From an uncultured Nitrososphaeraceae archaeon (lineage in GTDB: Archaea > Thermoproteota > Nitrososphaeria > Nitrososphaerales > Nitrososphaeraceae), in the NCBI GenBank assembly GCA_963779615.1, contig CAVZZA010000003.1, positions 576,001 to 640,000 on the forward strand: a stretch of DNA of 64,000 nt. The letters are read 5' to 3'. Below are positions 1-9,857 of this stretch, piece after piece. The stretch's first letter is position 1; each line of letters opens with the position of its first letter. Under the pieces are notes generated by a model. The model was not told the DNA's origin. It made no database searches and worked only from the letters and a program-made list of their open reading frames with translations. The translations under genes were made by a program, and so were the position numbers.

Positions 1-209
1 GGGAATAGTGATAGAGCACACCATTTGCAGGATGAAAAAGCACAGGATAATGAGTGATCTCTTCAGAAACAGATTGAGAAAATACAATAGGGTATCAGAT
101 ATAGTATCGGGACTGGTAAACTACAAAATATTAGCATCATCTTTTTAGAAGAAATCAGTCATAGCCATGCTGATAGGGCATACTGTTTCTAATTATGCAA
201 GAGATCTAG

Positions 210-293
210 TATACACTGGATAAAGAAAGTAATTCTTACAATGATCTTTTCGATGCTTTAAGATTGTCATTGAAAGCGTATAATATCAATTAA
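210..293 (+). pseudogene. Short C-terminal remnant resembling a phage terminase large subunit (YTLDKESNSYNDLFDALRLSLKAYNIN*)
   Basis: Manual translation; the D-x-x-DAL ending resembles terminase RNase H domain C-termini as I recall them; an in-frame TAG lies directly upstream. Confidence 0.3.
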
Positions 294-576
294 GTTGTCT
301 TGGTTTAATTGAGGAAAACTTTTCTGGGTCTAAATGGAAATGAGAGGTAGAGCCAACTCATGGCCATCGTCTACAAATACAATGTCATTTCTCACTAGCC
401 TTGCAATCCAATATTTGAAAATATGTATGTAATTTTTTGATATTATTATGAGAGTTATTATAAATTCATAAATTTTAGTGATCATATATGAAATTCTCAG
501 GATACTATTTATATACCACATAGTTTGTGTAATTTCGTGAGGTTTCATTTATAACGGTCATTCAGTTATACTGGCA

Positions 577-1125
577 ATGACTCTTTTTCTCTTGTCGTTT
601 GGTGTTATTGTTCTTGCAACAACTATCATTAATCAAGAACAGGATCGACAAGTAAATGCACAAAATCCACCAGCAGTACCGCACCCTCCTAGGCTAGTTA
701 TTCAAAGTGCTACAGATATGCATGGTTATAATATTCCATACAACAAATTATTATACCAACCAAGTGAGTGTTTTCCAAATACTCCCGAATGTACTTTTAA
801 AATGTTGCATGGACGTATGAAATTCACGTTATTATTGCAGGGAAATAATAATCCAATTGATCATTTGGAGTGTCGTCTAGATGGAAAATATGCATTTCAA
901 GCAAACGAAGCATACGGCCCTTGTGACTACAACGGAAACTTTAACAGAGAGGGCAGAATGTTTGCCAGTACTCTCTATATACCATTTACGACATGGTCGC
1001 ATGTTTTAAATCCCGACGGAACACCATATCAGCACATCTTTACAATTATGGCAGTTGACGCGTATGGACAGCATTCAAATGTAGCAGACTGGAAGTGGAG
1101 AACAACCAACAGAGCGCTCGATTGA
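577..1125 (+). CDS. Secreted protein with Ig-like/FnIII-like domain
   Basis: Hydrophobic N-terminus; ECRLDG...GPC...HIFTIMAVDAYG resembles the Ig-like CxLDG...HTFxVxAxD motif. Confidence 0.6.
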   Translation: MTLFLLSFGVIVLATTIINQEQDRQVNAQNPPAVPHPPRLVIQSATDMHGYNIPYNKLLYQPSECFPNTPECTFKMLHGRMKFTLLLQGNNNPIDHLECRLDGKYAFQANEAYGPCDYNGNFNREGRMFASTLYIPFTTWSHVLNPDGTPYQHIFTIMAVDAYGQHSNVADWKWRTTNRALD

Positions 1126-1223
1126 TATATTCACTATAGCGATACGTCAACTATTTATTTAATTATTTATTTAAATAAGAAAGTTTTCTGCAATCAAAAG
1201 ATCGCTTTGAATCCTACTTTTGG

Positions 1224-1248
1224 AAGTCCGGAAAAGTTTTCCGGACTT
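1224..1248. repeat. Perfect 25-bp inverted repeat AAGTCCGGAAAA-G-TTTTCCGGACTT between convergent genes
   Basis: 12-bp arms with a 1-nt centre, read directly. Confidence 0.85.
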
Positions 1249-1257
1249 AATAGATCT

Positions 1258-1541
1258 TTACGTAGGAATATCATTCTGATAACTGACTAACTCAAATCCG
1301 TCTTCAATCAGTCTTTGAACTTCAGCGTCAGGGTGTTTATTCCTTCTCTGCTTAAGTCTTTGATACCGGTGCTTTGAGTCATTGCCAAAAATAATACCCT
1401 TTTTAAAATCATTTGGATTCTCTACTGGACTAACGCCGTTAATACCAGATATTTTACCTATCATTTTAGCATCCCTTGTTGGAATTATATCCCCGCATTT
1501 CCAGCACTGAAGCCAGTTTTCTGCGTCAGGTGGTGGAGGTA
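1258..1541 (-). pseudogene. Zn-ribbon hypothetical protein (PPPPDAENWLQCWKCG), 5'-truncated by IS630
   Basis: Only one CxxC pair remains; the ORF-track start (1554) lies inside the IS terminal repeat. Confidence 0.5.
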
Positions 1542-2157
1542 TACCAATTAGCATAAGTTATCGAACATCCCTCAACAGATAGTTCCTCATATTAAGATTG
1601 AATCTTTTTGAAATCATTCTTCTCTTCTGCAGATGCGGTGTTTACATGAACCTTCCTTGGTACTTTCTGTTTAAAGCCCCACCTGTGAAGTATACGGTAA
1701 ATGTAATTATGGCGATACCTTACTCCACTTTCCTGTATGATTATCTCTTCAACCTGCTTTGTGGTCCAGCCCTGGTTGCTTTCCTTTAGCATTGTTTTTA
1801 TTTTATATTCTGTCTGTCCAGATATTTGCGAATGTCTACCGCCTTTTGGTCTGTCCATCAACCTTCCAGTCCTTTTTCTTTGTATCTTTTTAACCATTGG
1901 CTGGCCCAACCCTTATTACTTTTGTGAATTTCTCTGGTCGCATGGGTTGCAATCTTACCGTAATATACAACGTTGAGTACAAACAGCATATTCTTTCCTT
2001 TAACCTTATCCTTTTGAGCCATGTAAATCCTTTCAAACGCTGTCCTGGTAATAGTCAAATACCATGCAAAATGGGGATAGGATCATCACAGCTATAAACA
2101 TTTGGAGAAAAATAGAATAATGGACACTTGTGGTTTATGTAATTATGTTAATTGGTA
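1542..2157 (-). mobile_element. IS630-family element, internally deleted (616 bp)
   Basis: TIRs TACCAATTAGCATAA (1542-1556) and TTATGTTAATTGGTA (2143-2157), 1 mismatch, each flanked by TA; transposase N-terminal HTH region inside. Confidence 0.8.
1592..2058 (-). pseudogene. IS630 transposase N-terminal winged-HTH region, frameshifted, DDE domain absent
   Basis: WLKRYKEKGLEG / LMDRPKGGR / GWTTKQV / ILHRWGFKQKVPRKVH split across ORFs 1858-2058 and 1592-1909. Confidence 0.8.
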
Positions 2158-2628
2158 TACCCTGTTTTTTTTGACACCTCAGATTTTCATGTGATATTTG
2201 ATTCTAAAACAAAGTGATTGTTTGCTGGGAAATGCAATACAACCCCTCTGCCACAAGGAATTTAATCCCACTTAACCCATTAACTATACGACTGGAATAG
2301 TCCCTGTTGTTTTTAACCACAATTTAACAATTATATACCAATTTTCATACATTCCATTAGCTAATCCCTAAGAAGGTAATATCAATATTCAGACGAAATA
2401 TTTATCGTAAATAGTTATTAGTTTATTCACAAGTTTTCCCACCTTCATACACATTATTTTTAAAGTTTAGCGTTTGGTGATCGGGACATTGGCATAGAAT
2501 ACGAAACAGGGATTCGACAACTTTGATATATGTGGTTTTTGGTTAAAAATGGAACATGCACACCATTTATCTATATTTTTTTCCACCACTCCACAATTCT
2601 TATCAACGAGCAAAGATTACCAAAATTA

Positions 2629-3135
2629 ATGAAAATCATCCTGTTTGACTTAGGTGAAACTTTAGAATCCCATGGGCAACTAATAGACGGAGCTGAAAAT
2701 GTTATTTCAACAATAAAAGGAATGCATGATTCTAACGGAGAATCAGTTGCAGTATCCTTGGTTTCTAATTTTGATGACTTTGACAATAGCCGCAAATTAG
2801 AAGATGTAAAACCGATGCAGCTTGAATATTACCGACATCTAAAACAACTTGATATTGCCAAATATTTTGAACCATTGTATGAGCACGTAACCCTGTCTAT
2901 AGAGATAGGCGTTCGAAAACCAGATAAGAAAATATTTAGGTCTGCAATCGATTTGATAAAACCAGGTTTGCCTTTTTCCAATGTTCTTTTCGTTACCGAA
3001 GAATTTGATCACATAGATGCAGCACGACAAATAGGTATGAAAGTAATTCATTTCAAACCATCTGAGCAGACATCGGGAGATAAGATTAGAACATTAACAG
3101 AGCTTATTCCAAAAGTTGCAGGATTTTTAGGATAA
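2629..3135 (+). CDS. HAD-superfamily hydrolase
   Basis: ILFDLGETL motif I, VSN motif II, RKPDKKIF motif III, AARQIGM; start chosen at MKIILF. Confidence 0.8.
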   Translation: MKIILFDLGETLESHGQLIDGAENVISTIKGMHDSNGESVAVSLVSNFDDFDNSRKLEDVKPMQLEYYRHLKQLDIAKYFEPLYEHVTLSIEIGVRKPDKKIFRSAIDLIKPGLPFSNVLFVTEEFDHIDAARQIGMKVIHFKPSEQTSGDKIRTLTELIPKVAGFLG

Positions 3136-3599
3136 TCCTATATGCAAATCCATTAACTCCTGACGGCTCTGTTAACAGACGGATAGGGAAACCAATCCGC
3201 ATCCTCGTAAAATAGTTACGCTTGGTCATCCCTACTATCTTTAGCTTGCTATTCAGTTATTATGCCTCTTACGTAATTGGATTGCTGATAAATACTTAAT
3301 AATACTTAATGATATCGAATAACATTGAATTTTTGTGTGCTAACCCAATTGTAATGATGAAATAATAGTCATTATCATGAATTTTTTAAATCTTTCAGGG
3401 TACACAAAAGATCTGATCAGATATCTATCTTAGAATGTTAAATCTAAAAGGAAAGTTACATTCAGATAGATACACTATTTTGATTTGAGACTCATGGCCG
3501 TACCGATAAAAGAAAAATTGGTTGGATGACACCTTATATGAATAATTAGGTAGCGAATTCTTTAATTGCAAGAGATATCAAGTAAAATAAAGGAATATA

Positions 3600-4394
3600 A
3601 TGACAAAAATGAAGATGCATCTCTTTTCCATGGTTTTCATTACAACTATTTTGTTTGCACCATCATTCACCACAGGGTATGCTCAAGCAAAACTACATCC
3701 TGTCTTGCTGATCCATGGGTATAATTCAACTGCAACCGTGTAGGAGGAAAACTGGGATAAACTTTTAACTAACGATGGAATACCCCATAAAGCCGTTACA
3801 TTTTCTGTTAATGACAAATGTGGATCCGCTAAGGATCATGCTACTCAACTGAAACAAATAGTAGCAGAGTATAAGAAGGACACAAATGCAGATAAAATAA
3901 ACATTGTTGCTCATTCCAAAGGAGGGTTAGACACCAGAGTTTACCTAACTAGCAATCTAACTAATGACGCTATAGCTAACTTCATAATGATTGGCACTCC
4001 AAACAAAGGATCACCTGTTGAAGACAAATATTATGAAGGTGATAAATGTACTCCCGCTGCATCTGATTTGAGAACAGGTTCAGATATAGCCAAATCAACA
4101 GAAATGGAAATACACAATCCACATACTGCATACTATACAATAGCTGGAAACTGGCAACATGATTTCATCCCCTTTACCACCATGGATAAAAACTGTTTGG
4201 AAGGGGACTTTAACTGGCTTTCCGCTCAATATGCCGGAAGGGATTTGATTAACGGTCCTGATGATGGTCTTGTTCCGGTTTGGAGTGCCGAAATAAAGAA
4301 TGAATACAAACCTTTGGGAGAAACAGATAACTGCCACACTCAACTTTTGAATGATGAAAGTTATAAGCTGGCAGGACAAATTCTAAAACAATAG
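3600..4394 (+). pseudogene. Secreted alpha/beta hydrolase (lipase/esterase) with an internal TAG at 3741-3743
   Basis: Signal peptide, LLIHGY, AHSKGG nucleophile elbow, IGTPNKGS, DDGLVP and CHTQL all in one frame except a single TAG (likely TGG>TAG). Confidence 0.8.
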
Positions 4395-4583
4395 CATAAA
4401 ACGTTCCTATTTACTCTAACATTACTGTCATTTTTATAAAAAAACTAATAATTAGTTTCAAGTTCAATAACCAGTAATTTTTCATCCTTTAGGTAAGCCT
4501 CTTCCTCAATGGATTCTAAGAATATGCTAATGGCATCCCTGCATATTTTCGGCTCCGTTAACTCGATGATTTCGAACTCATTG

Positions 4584-5212
4584 TTATGATAGTCTGTGAA
4601 TGGACAACCAATTCCCTAAATTCCATGATTCGGATTTCTTCTTTTTTCTGCATTGAAAATAGTCATTAAGGCACTCTGCCCTGTCCTTTATTCGCTGCAT
4701 TGTTATCTCAACGGTGCTTTTATCATATGAAGGGCGGATATGATGCTTTAGTTTTTGGACATGCATGCTTGGGGACACCAAGGTCTATCACCGTCTGCTG
4801 ATACTGCGTGTTTTGCAGCGGTCATGACCAAACCTGCGACAAGCTATTCAGCAGCAAACATGTTTCTCCACTTGGATACAGTTAGTGCTGGAATCTCCTT
4901 GTTTTTTGGCCCAGTTGCAATCCATGACCAAACATGTTCCGGAATTGCCTTGATTGTCGTTTCACCCACAATAAATTCAGCCATCTTCTTTCTTTTTGGC
5001 AATGTCTTTTGGGGATGATGCTTTTTTAATCCAGTTCCAGGCTAAAACAGGGCCCCCTTAAAAACAAGAAAGCCCCTCAGACATTCTTCTTAATGACAGG
5101 CCTGAAAATTACAAATGCAATCCAAAACCAATAAACTGTAAAGGTGTTCTGTTTCTACGAATCATAAATGAGAAAGCATATTCAAGATAGCAACTCTTAA
5201 GTGAACAGGGCC
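4584..5212 (-). mobile_element. Degenerate IS6-family element / transposase pseudogene
   Basis: Minus strand from 5165 reads MIRRNRTP..FSGLSLR..WNWIKK..EFIVGET..RNMFAAE..MQRIKDRAECLNDYF with stops and frameshifts; IS6-like end GGCCCTGTTCAC at 5212. Confidence 0.7.
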
Positions 5213-5260
5213 AGAAAAGTACATTGATAGATTTAAATACAATAGTGTTATTTCTATTTT

Positions 5261-6127
5261 ATGCAATTAAATGCCAAAGATAAGCAATTAAATGCACGAG
5301 AATACAAACCTATTCTAGATCCCAATAAATTTGCCGGAACGGATAGTGATAAAGATATTGTTACAGGCATAATTGAAAACCAAATCGATAAACAGAATAA
5401 CATAGGATTTAGAAAAACTAATGAAAAAAAGGTGAAAAATGTTTGGTATATGGATACTGATGACCAGGAACTACATAAAAAAAACCACTTTACAGTCAGG
5501 GTAAAACAAAAAACTGCTGGAAATATGAATTATGATGTAACTTTTAAGGTAAGACACGCAGATAAAAAAATAGTAACAAGTGTTGATCTTTACACCATTA
5601 AACACCAACCCGCCTTCAAACTAGAGAAACAGAAATATGAAGAAGACATAATTTCACCATTTGACAGCATATTCTCGGTTTCTACCGAATTAGAATATAA
5701 GGAAAATCCCAATCTGAAAACCTGTGATGACATCATATCCATTTTTCCAAATCTAAAATTGGATGGTTTGAAGGGCAAACAACTTGTAGAAGTAAACTGG
5801 TTTAAGGCAGAAGAAACAACATACAAAATGGGAGAAATAGTAACCGATGATGCAAAGAAAGCAGAAGTTGAATTTAGTTTATGGTCCGTATTTCATTTAC
5901 CAAAAGACAAGCCTAAATCACAGGGCATCAAATCACCTATCATAGGAGAGTTTGATATGGACGTAAGCGTAAAAGACTTGATCAAAACAGGTGAAAATGA
6001 TTTTGATGTGTTTACCGATCCTGCGATATCAGAGATAAACGATTTCTACAATCAAATGCAGAATCAAGACATAATAGGCAAAAAAAATAAGACAAAGACA
6101 GAATATGTTTATAATTGGAAGAAATAA
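5261..6127 (+). CDS. Hypothetical protein, CYTH/triphosphate-tunnel-like
   Basis: REYK, WYMDT, TVRVK, VTFKVR and KYEED resemble CYTH strands; 288 aa; no signal peptide. Confidence 0.5.
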   Translation: MQLNAKDKQLNAREYKPILDPNKFAGTDSDKDIVTGIIENQIDKQNNIGFRKTNEKKVKNVWYMDTDDQELHKKNHFTVRVKQKTAGNMNYDVTFKVRHADKKIVTSVDLYTIKHQPAFKLEKQKYEEDIISPFDSIFSVSTELEYKENPNLKTCDDIISIFPNLKLDGLKGKQLVEVNWFKAEETTYKMGEIVTDDAKKAEVEFSLWSVFHLPKDKPKSQGIKSPIIGEFDMDVSVKDLIKTGENDFDVFTDPAISEINDFYNQMQNQDIIGKKNKTKTEYVYNWKK

Positions 6128-6349
6128 ATTCAATTACCTTTGTTTTGCCCATTAACAAGCAGTTTGACACCCCAGAACAAAAAAATTTTGGATTTAAATC
6201 TTAACACAACTAAGCTGAAACGAAACTATTTGACAACCATCCCTTATCAAAAAAAAACTATAATGTGAAGAAACGGGTTTCATTTGGAAAAATAATCCAT
6301 CAATAGTTTAAAGGCTATGATCTCGCATAATTAGAACAAAGTGATCAAT

Positions 6350-6900
6350 ATGATACCATGCATATGATTATATGAGGCAAAAGGAATATGGGCCCATATT
6401 GCCACACCATCCACCTATCCACCCATGGATTCTATTATGGATATCTTCAGGTTCATCACTGAAATCTCCGTAATCCTTTGGAGACAGCAGATAATCAATT
6501 TCTTGTTCGGCAGGAAGTTGTGGGGGGATCCTGGTTCGCCATGTGTATCAAATTATCTAGTCTGGCGGCAACCCGTCTGTGAAATAAAACCGTCTATGTT
6601 TACCCAATATAGTGATTCAACGTGAAAACTGTTCAAATGGTTTGGCAAGTTATTTGCAGATTCATCCAAAAATGATCGTGGCATCCTCTCATTTTGAGGT
6701 TTCAGATGTCCGATCCCGATAAGGAACAGTCACAATAGGATCATGTTGGCATCCTGCAAATATTTTTCAAACCAATAAAGACATGCCCTATGCCATGGTA
6801 AAAAATTCATCAATAATTATATTTTACCAATATGGGTAATAAAGCTTGCAGGTTCACAGATACAAGCATGATATCCATGATCTCGGTTAAAAAGTGCAAT
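6350..6900 (-). pseudogene. Heavily decayed tyrosinase (type-3 copper)
   Basis: FLPWHRACLYWFEKYLQD (from 6804), VTVPY, and EDIHNRIHGWIGG (HNRIH at 6439-6425) lie in different frames; boundaries approximate. Confidence 0.75.
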
Positions 6901-7012
6901 CAGCATGTCAAGAAAGAAAAAAATGCTTTGGCGACTGCCTGCTTTAGAATAATGAATGAAAACCAAAGCACTTGGCGAAGCAATACAAAGATGGCATGTG
7001 GCATATCAAAGC

Positions 7013-7792
7013 TCAAGACCAATCAACATCTTCAAGTGTTTCCACTGGCTTTCGTTTATCAAGCATTACCTTTTGACGAATGAGACGTTGGCCTACAGAA
7101 TCCGCAGTCTTAAGGTTGTCAGGAAATATTATTCCGCATCTTGATTCGATTTCAGCAAGCGCAACCTGGTATATTTTAAATGGATCAAGATCAAACACCT
7201 CCAACTCATCCAAATTCTGTGTTAGCAAAAACCCTTTGGTTTTTAATACTTGGTTTTCGACAAAAACTATTACTTTCCAAAATTCACGAGGTATTTTTAT
7301 TTGTCTAAACTCACGATCATCATTACGTAAAACCGGTCCTGCGAAAAGACTAACCTTTAGATTTTCCACATCGGTTTCTTCAAAAACTGCGTCTTCCAAC
7401 CCTCCCCATAAGCCACCCTTTTGAGATTGATTGAAATTTTCCATTTGGGGAGTTATGTTGGTGAAAAAGAAAGAATCTTTGTTTGCTTTTTTTGCTTCTT
7501 CAAAATCTCCCCAAAGCAAATCAGCACGACGGGCAACATGGCCCCTGTCCAATCTGTTTCCCGAGTATAGTTCATCTCCCACCTGAAATTCAATTGGAAT
7601 GTTAGAATCATAAATGAATCTAGATCCACTGCGGCTAACCCTTTTGATGTTCCCACCATCCACATTCCAGCCTACCCAAAAAGGGAATCTTTTAACCTTA
7701 TTAAGAACAAGGGAGAAATGAGTATAGTCAATTATCCCCGATTGGTTTTGGGAGTACATTTGTTGCTTGTTTGAATCTGTTAGGTCTGGCAT
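7013..7792 (-). CDS. DNA/RNA non-specific endonuclease (NucA/EndoG family); C-terminal part of a frameshifted fusion
   Basis: LDRGH active site, NITPQ..NFNQ, LWGGLE, KIPREFWKVI; the frame stays open upstream to 7846 through a GFSQNFL linker. Confidence 0.88.
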   Translation of the reverse strand: MPDLTDSNKQQMYSQNQSGIIDYTHFSLVLNKVKRFPFWVGWNVDGGNIKRVSRSGSRFIYDSNIPIEFQVGDELYSGNRLDRGHVARRADLLWGDFEEAKKANKDSFFFTNITPQMENFNQSQKGGLWGGLEDAVFEETDVENLKVSLFAGPVLRNDDREFRQIKIPREFWKVIVFVENQVLKTKGFLLTQNLDELEVFDLDPFKIYQVALAEIESRCGIIFPDNLKTADSVGQRLIRQKVMLDKRKPVETLEDVDWS

Positions 7793-8903
7793 GGCAACTT
7801 GGTAAGAGAGGAAGTTTTGAGAGAACCCAGGTACTAGACTTGCGTTCTATACCGGCAGATTTGGACAATGAAATTTGCAATTTCTCAAATATAGATTTAG
7901 GATAGCAAGCTATTGCATATTCAGTAGGATTTGTAGAAGATTCCCCTGCAAAATGCAAACCTGCCATGATACTGTTGGGTTTTCCGTCACTGTTTTTGAA
8001 CATCCACATCGATCCTGAATCACCACCCATACTCACTTCTCCGTTGTCAGGAAGGTTGTCTGAATCCACCCCAATTTCAAAACCCCCAATTTCTTGCTCG
8101 CCAATGGATCCACCGTAATCTATTTTAGCTATAGTATCTGTACGGGTAACAATACCATGTGTTATCCCAGTTGTTCGTCCACTTTTTACCACTTTGTCAT
8201 CCAATTCTGGCTCACCCATTTTATCTACACCAACCTCAAGATCCATAATCTCTGAGACAAACCCACGTCCTTCAATGGTGGCAATGGCACAATCCCCCGC
8301 ATGTCCCAAGTGAGATCTAACAAGTTTCCCTAGTTTGTTTATATCAACGCGGTTATCATCAAATGGCCCAGGTTGAACAATTTCATCTCCAATTGAGCCT
8401 TCTGGTCCATGAAGCACATGCCAATTACTGAGAATATAAGGTGTTCCAAGTTCTGTGTCATAGACAATGCACCCTATCGTACCTGCTGTTACCTTAACAT
8501 TGGCAACACTAATTCCCGACTTTATTGGATCCATTCGCTTTTTACGTTCACTGGTCTGTATTTCTGCCACGATTTTATATTCTGCGGTAAATTTTCTTTG
8601 AATTACGTCTGTGGGTATCTTCTTACCATCAATGGTAAAGGATTCTGGTATGAGTGTTGTTTTTAAGATTTCTAATATCTCAGGCCTTGATTTTTGATCC
8701 ACTGTGAACTGTATTGCGATTTCTCCTGTTTTTTTACCATCCTTAATCTTGAATCCAATACCAATTGATGAAACATTAGGATCTTTGAGATATTCAGCAC
8801 CACGAGTCCTGACAAAATTTCTCAAAGAGGGCATTATCTCTTTTAAGTCATCCTTTTCGGTCTTCTTTGAAACGGAACCTGACTTTATTGTTTCGTTGAC
8901 CAT
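7728..8903 (-). CDS. NAL1-like chymotrypsin-fold serine protease; N-terminal part of a frameshifted fusion
   Basis: Triad SNWHV / GDCAIA / GDSGS, KSGRTTG, GLHFAG, and an N-terminal IGIGFKIKDG..TDV domain; no signal peptide. Confidence 0.82.
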   Translation of the reverse strand: MVNETIKSGSVSKKTEKDDLKEIMPSLRNFVRTRGAEYLKDPNVSSIGIGFKIKDGKKTGEIAIQFTVDQKSRPEILEILKTTLIPESFTIDGKKIPTDVIQRKFTAEYKIVAEIQTSERKKRMDPIKSGISVANVKVTAGTIGCIVYDTELGTPYILSNWHVLHGPEGSIGDEIVQPGPFDDNRVDINKLGKLVRSHLGHAGDCAIATIEGRGFVSEIMDLEVGVDKMGEPELDDKVVKSGRTTGITHGIVTRTDTIAKIDYGGSIGEQEIGGFEIGVDSDNLPDNGEVSMGGDSGSMWMFKNSDGKPNSIMAGLHFAGESSTNPTEYAIACYPKSIFEKLQISLSKSAGIERKSSTWVLSKLPLLPSCHARPNRFKQATNVLPKPIGDN

Positions 8904-9166
8904 CCAAAGAATATAGTAGTCAAATATATAAGTATTTGATTTACTTTTTAATTAAGACCCAACATTAGGCAATACTGTTATTAAGGTTCGCAAGAAGGTA
9001 GTTGTAATCCATCATCAACACAAAACAGTTTTTTATATTTTTAAACCGTGATAATTTGTTCGGCATTGATGAATCATAACTATTTGATTTAACAAACATA
9101 TACAGAGCACAAAAATGTTAAAATAACCTACCGGATATAAATAATAACAAAACAAAAGACCATAAC

Positions 9167-9694
9167 ATGCCAATCAACAATGTCATTTGTTATTCTGTTT
9201 CTTTCTCACTTTTAATATTGTTTTTAAATATACATATTGCATTGGCCTATAACACACACAATATCCCAAGCATTTCAACAGCATCAAGAACAAATAATAT
9301 TAACACATCTACAGACAATATATTCATGCACATTGTCTTGGATATATTCAGTGGAAGGCCAAACCCTAATTTGATACTGACACCAGAACAAACCACGGAG
9401 TTTCTAAAAATAATATCATCATTAAAACCTATTGAAATAAACTACACCGATCAAGATGACGGGCTTGGATACAGGGGTTTTACGGCAGAGGAAAAATCAA
9501 ACAATGCAGGGTTGTCAAAAGAATTTAAAATCTATAACGGAAAAGTCAAGGTTGTAGCGGGTAACGACACAGTGTCAATCTTTGAAGACAAGGACTACCT
9601 TCTAGAACGATGGTTATTAAAAATAGCAGCAGACAATGTTGAAAATGATTTTATAAAAATTATCGAACAAGAAATTAAAAACCGATCAAGTTAA
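9167..9694 (+). CDS. Secreted stand-alone homologue of the N-terminal (pro-)domain of the neighbouring protease
   Basis: Signal peptide ending ALA; LDIFSGRPNP, LGYRGF, FKIY and ERWLL match LDIYSGNSNP, LGYRGF, FRIY and EKWLL in 9858-10853. Confidence 0.75.
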   Translation: MPINNVICYSVSFSLLILFLNIHIALAYNTHNIPSISTASRTNNINTSTDNIFMHIVLDIFSGRPNPNLILTPEQTTEFLKIISSLKPIEINYTDQDDGLGYRGFTAEEKSNNAGLSKEFKIYNGKVKVVAGNDTVSIFEDKDYLLERWLLKIAADNVENDFIKIIEQEIKNRSS

Positions 9695-9857
9695 ACAGCA
9701 ATAAAAATAATGATCGACATCAACGCAAAACATGTCTATCACCTATGAAGGGCAAGATTAAGATTTATTAAATTTTATATTGATTGTATTGATTTTATAA
9801 TGAAAGGCAAAGATCAAATACAAAATAACGGTTTATAACAAATTGTAAAGTAGAAAT

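Noticed and set aside
3741-3743. In-frame TAG as pyrrolysine read-through
   Set aside because: No pyl genes in the window and the position fits a Trp codon mutation.
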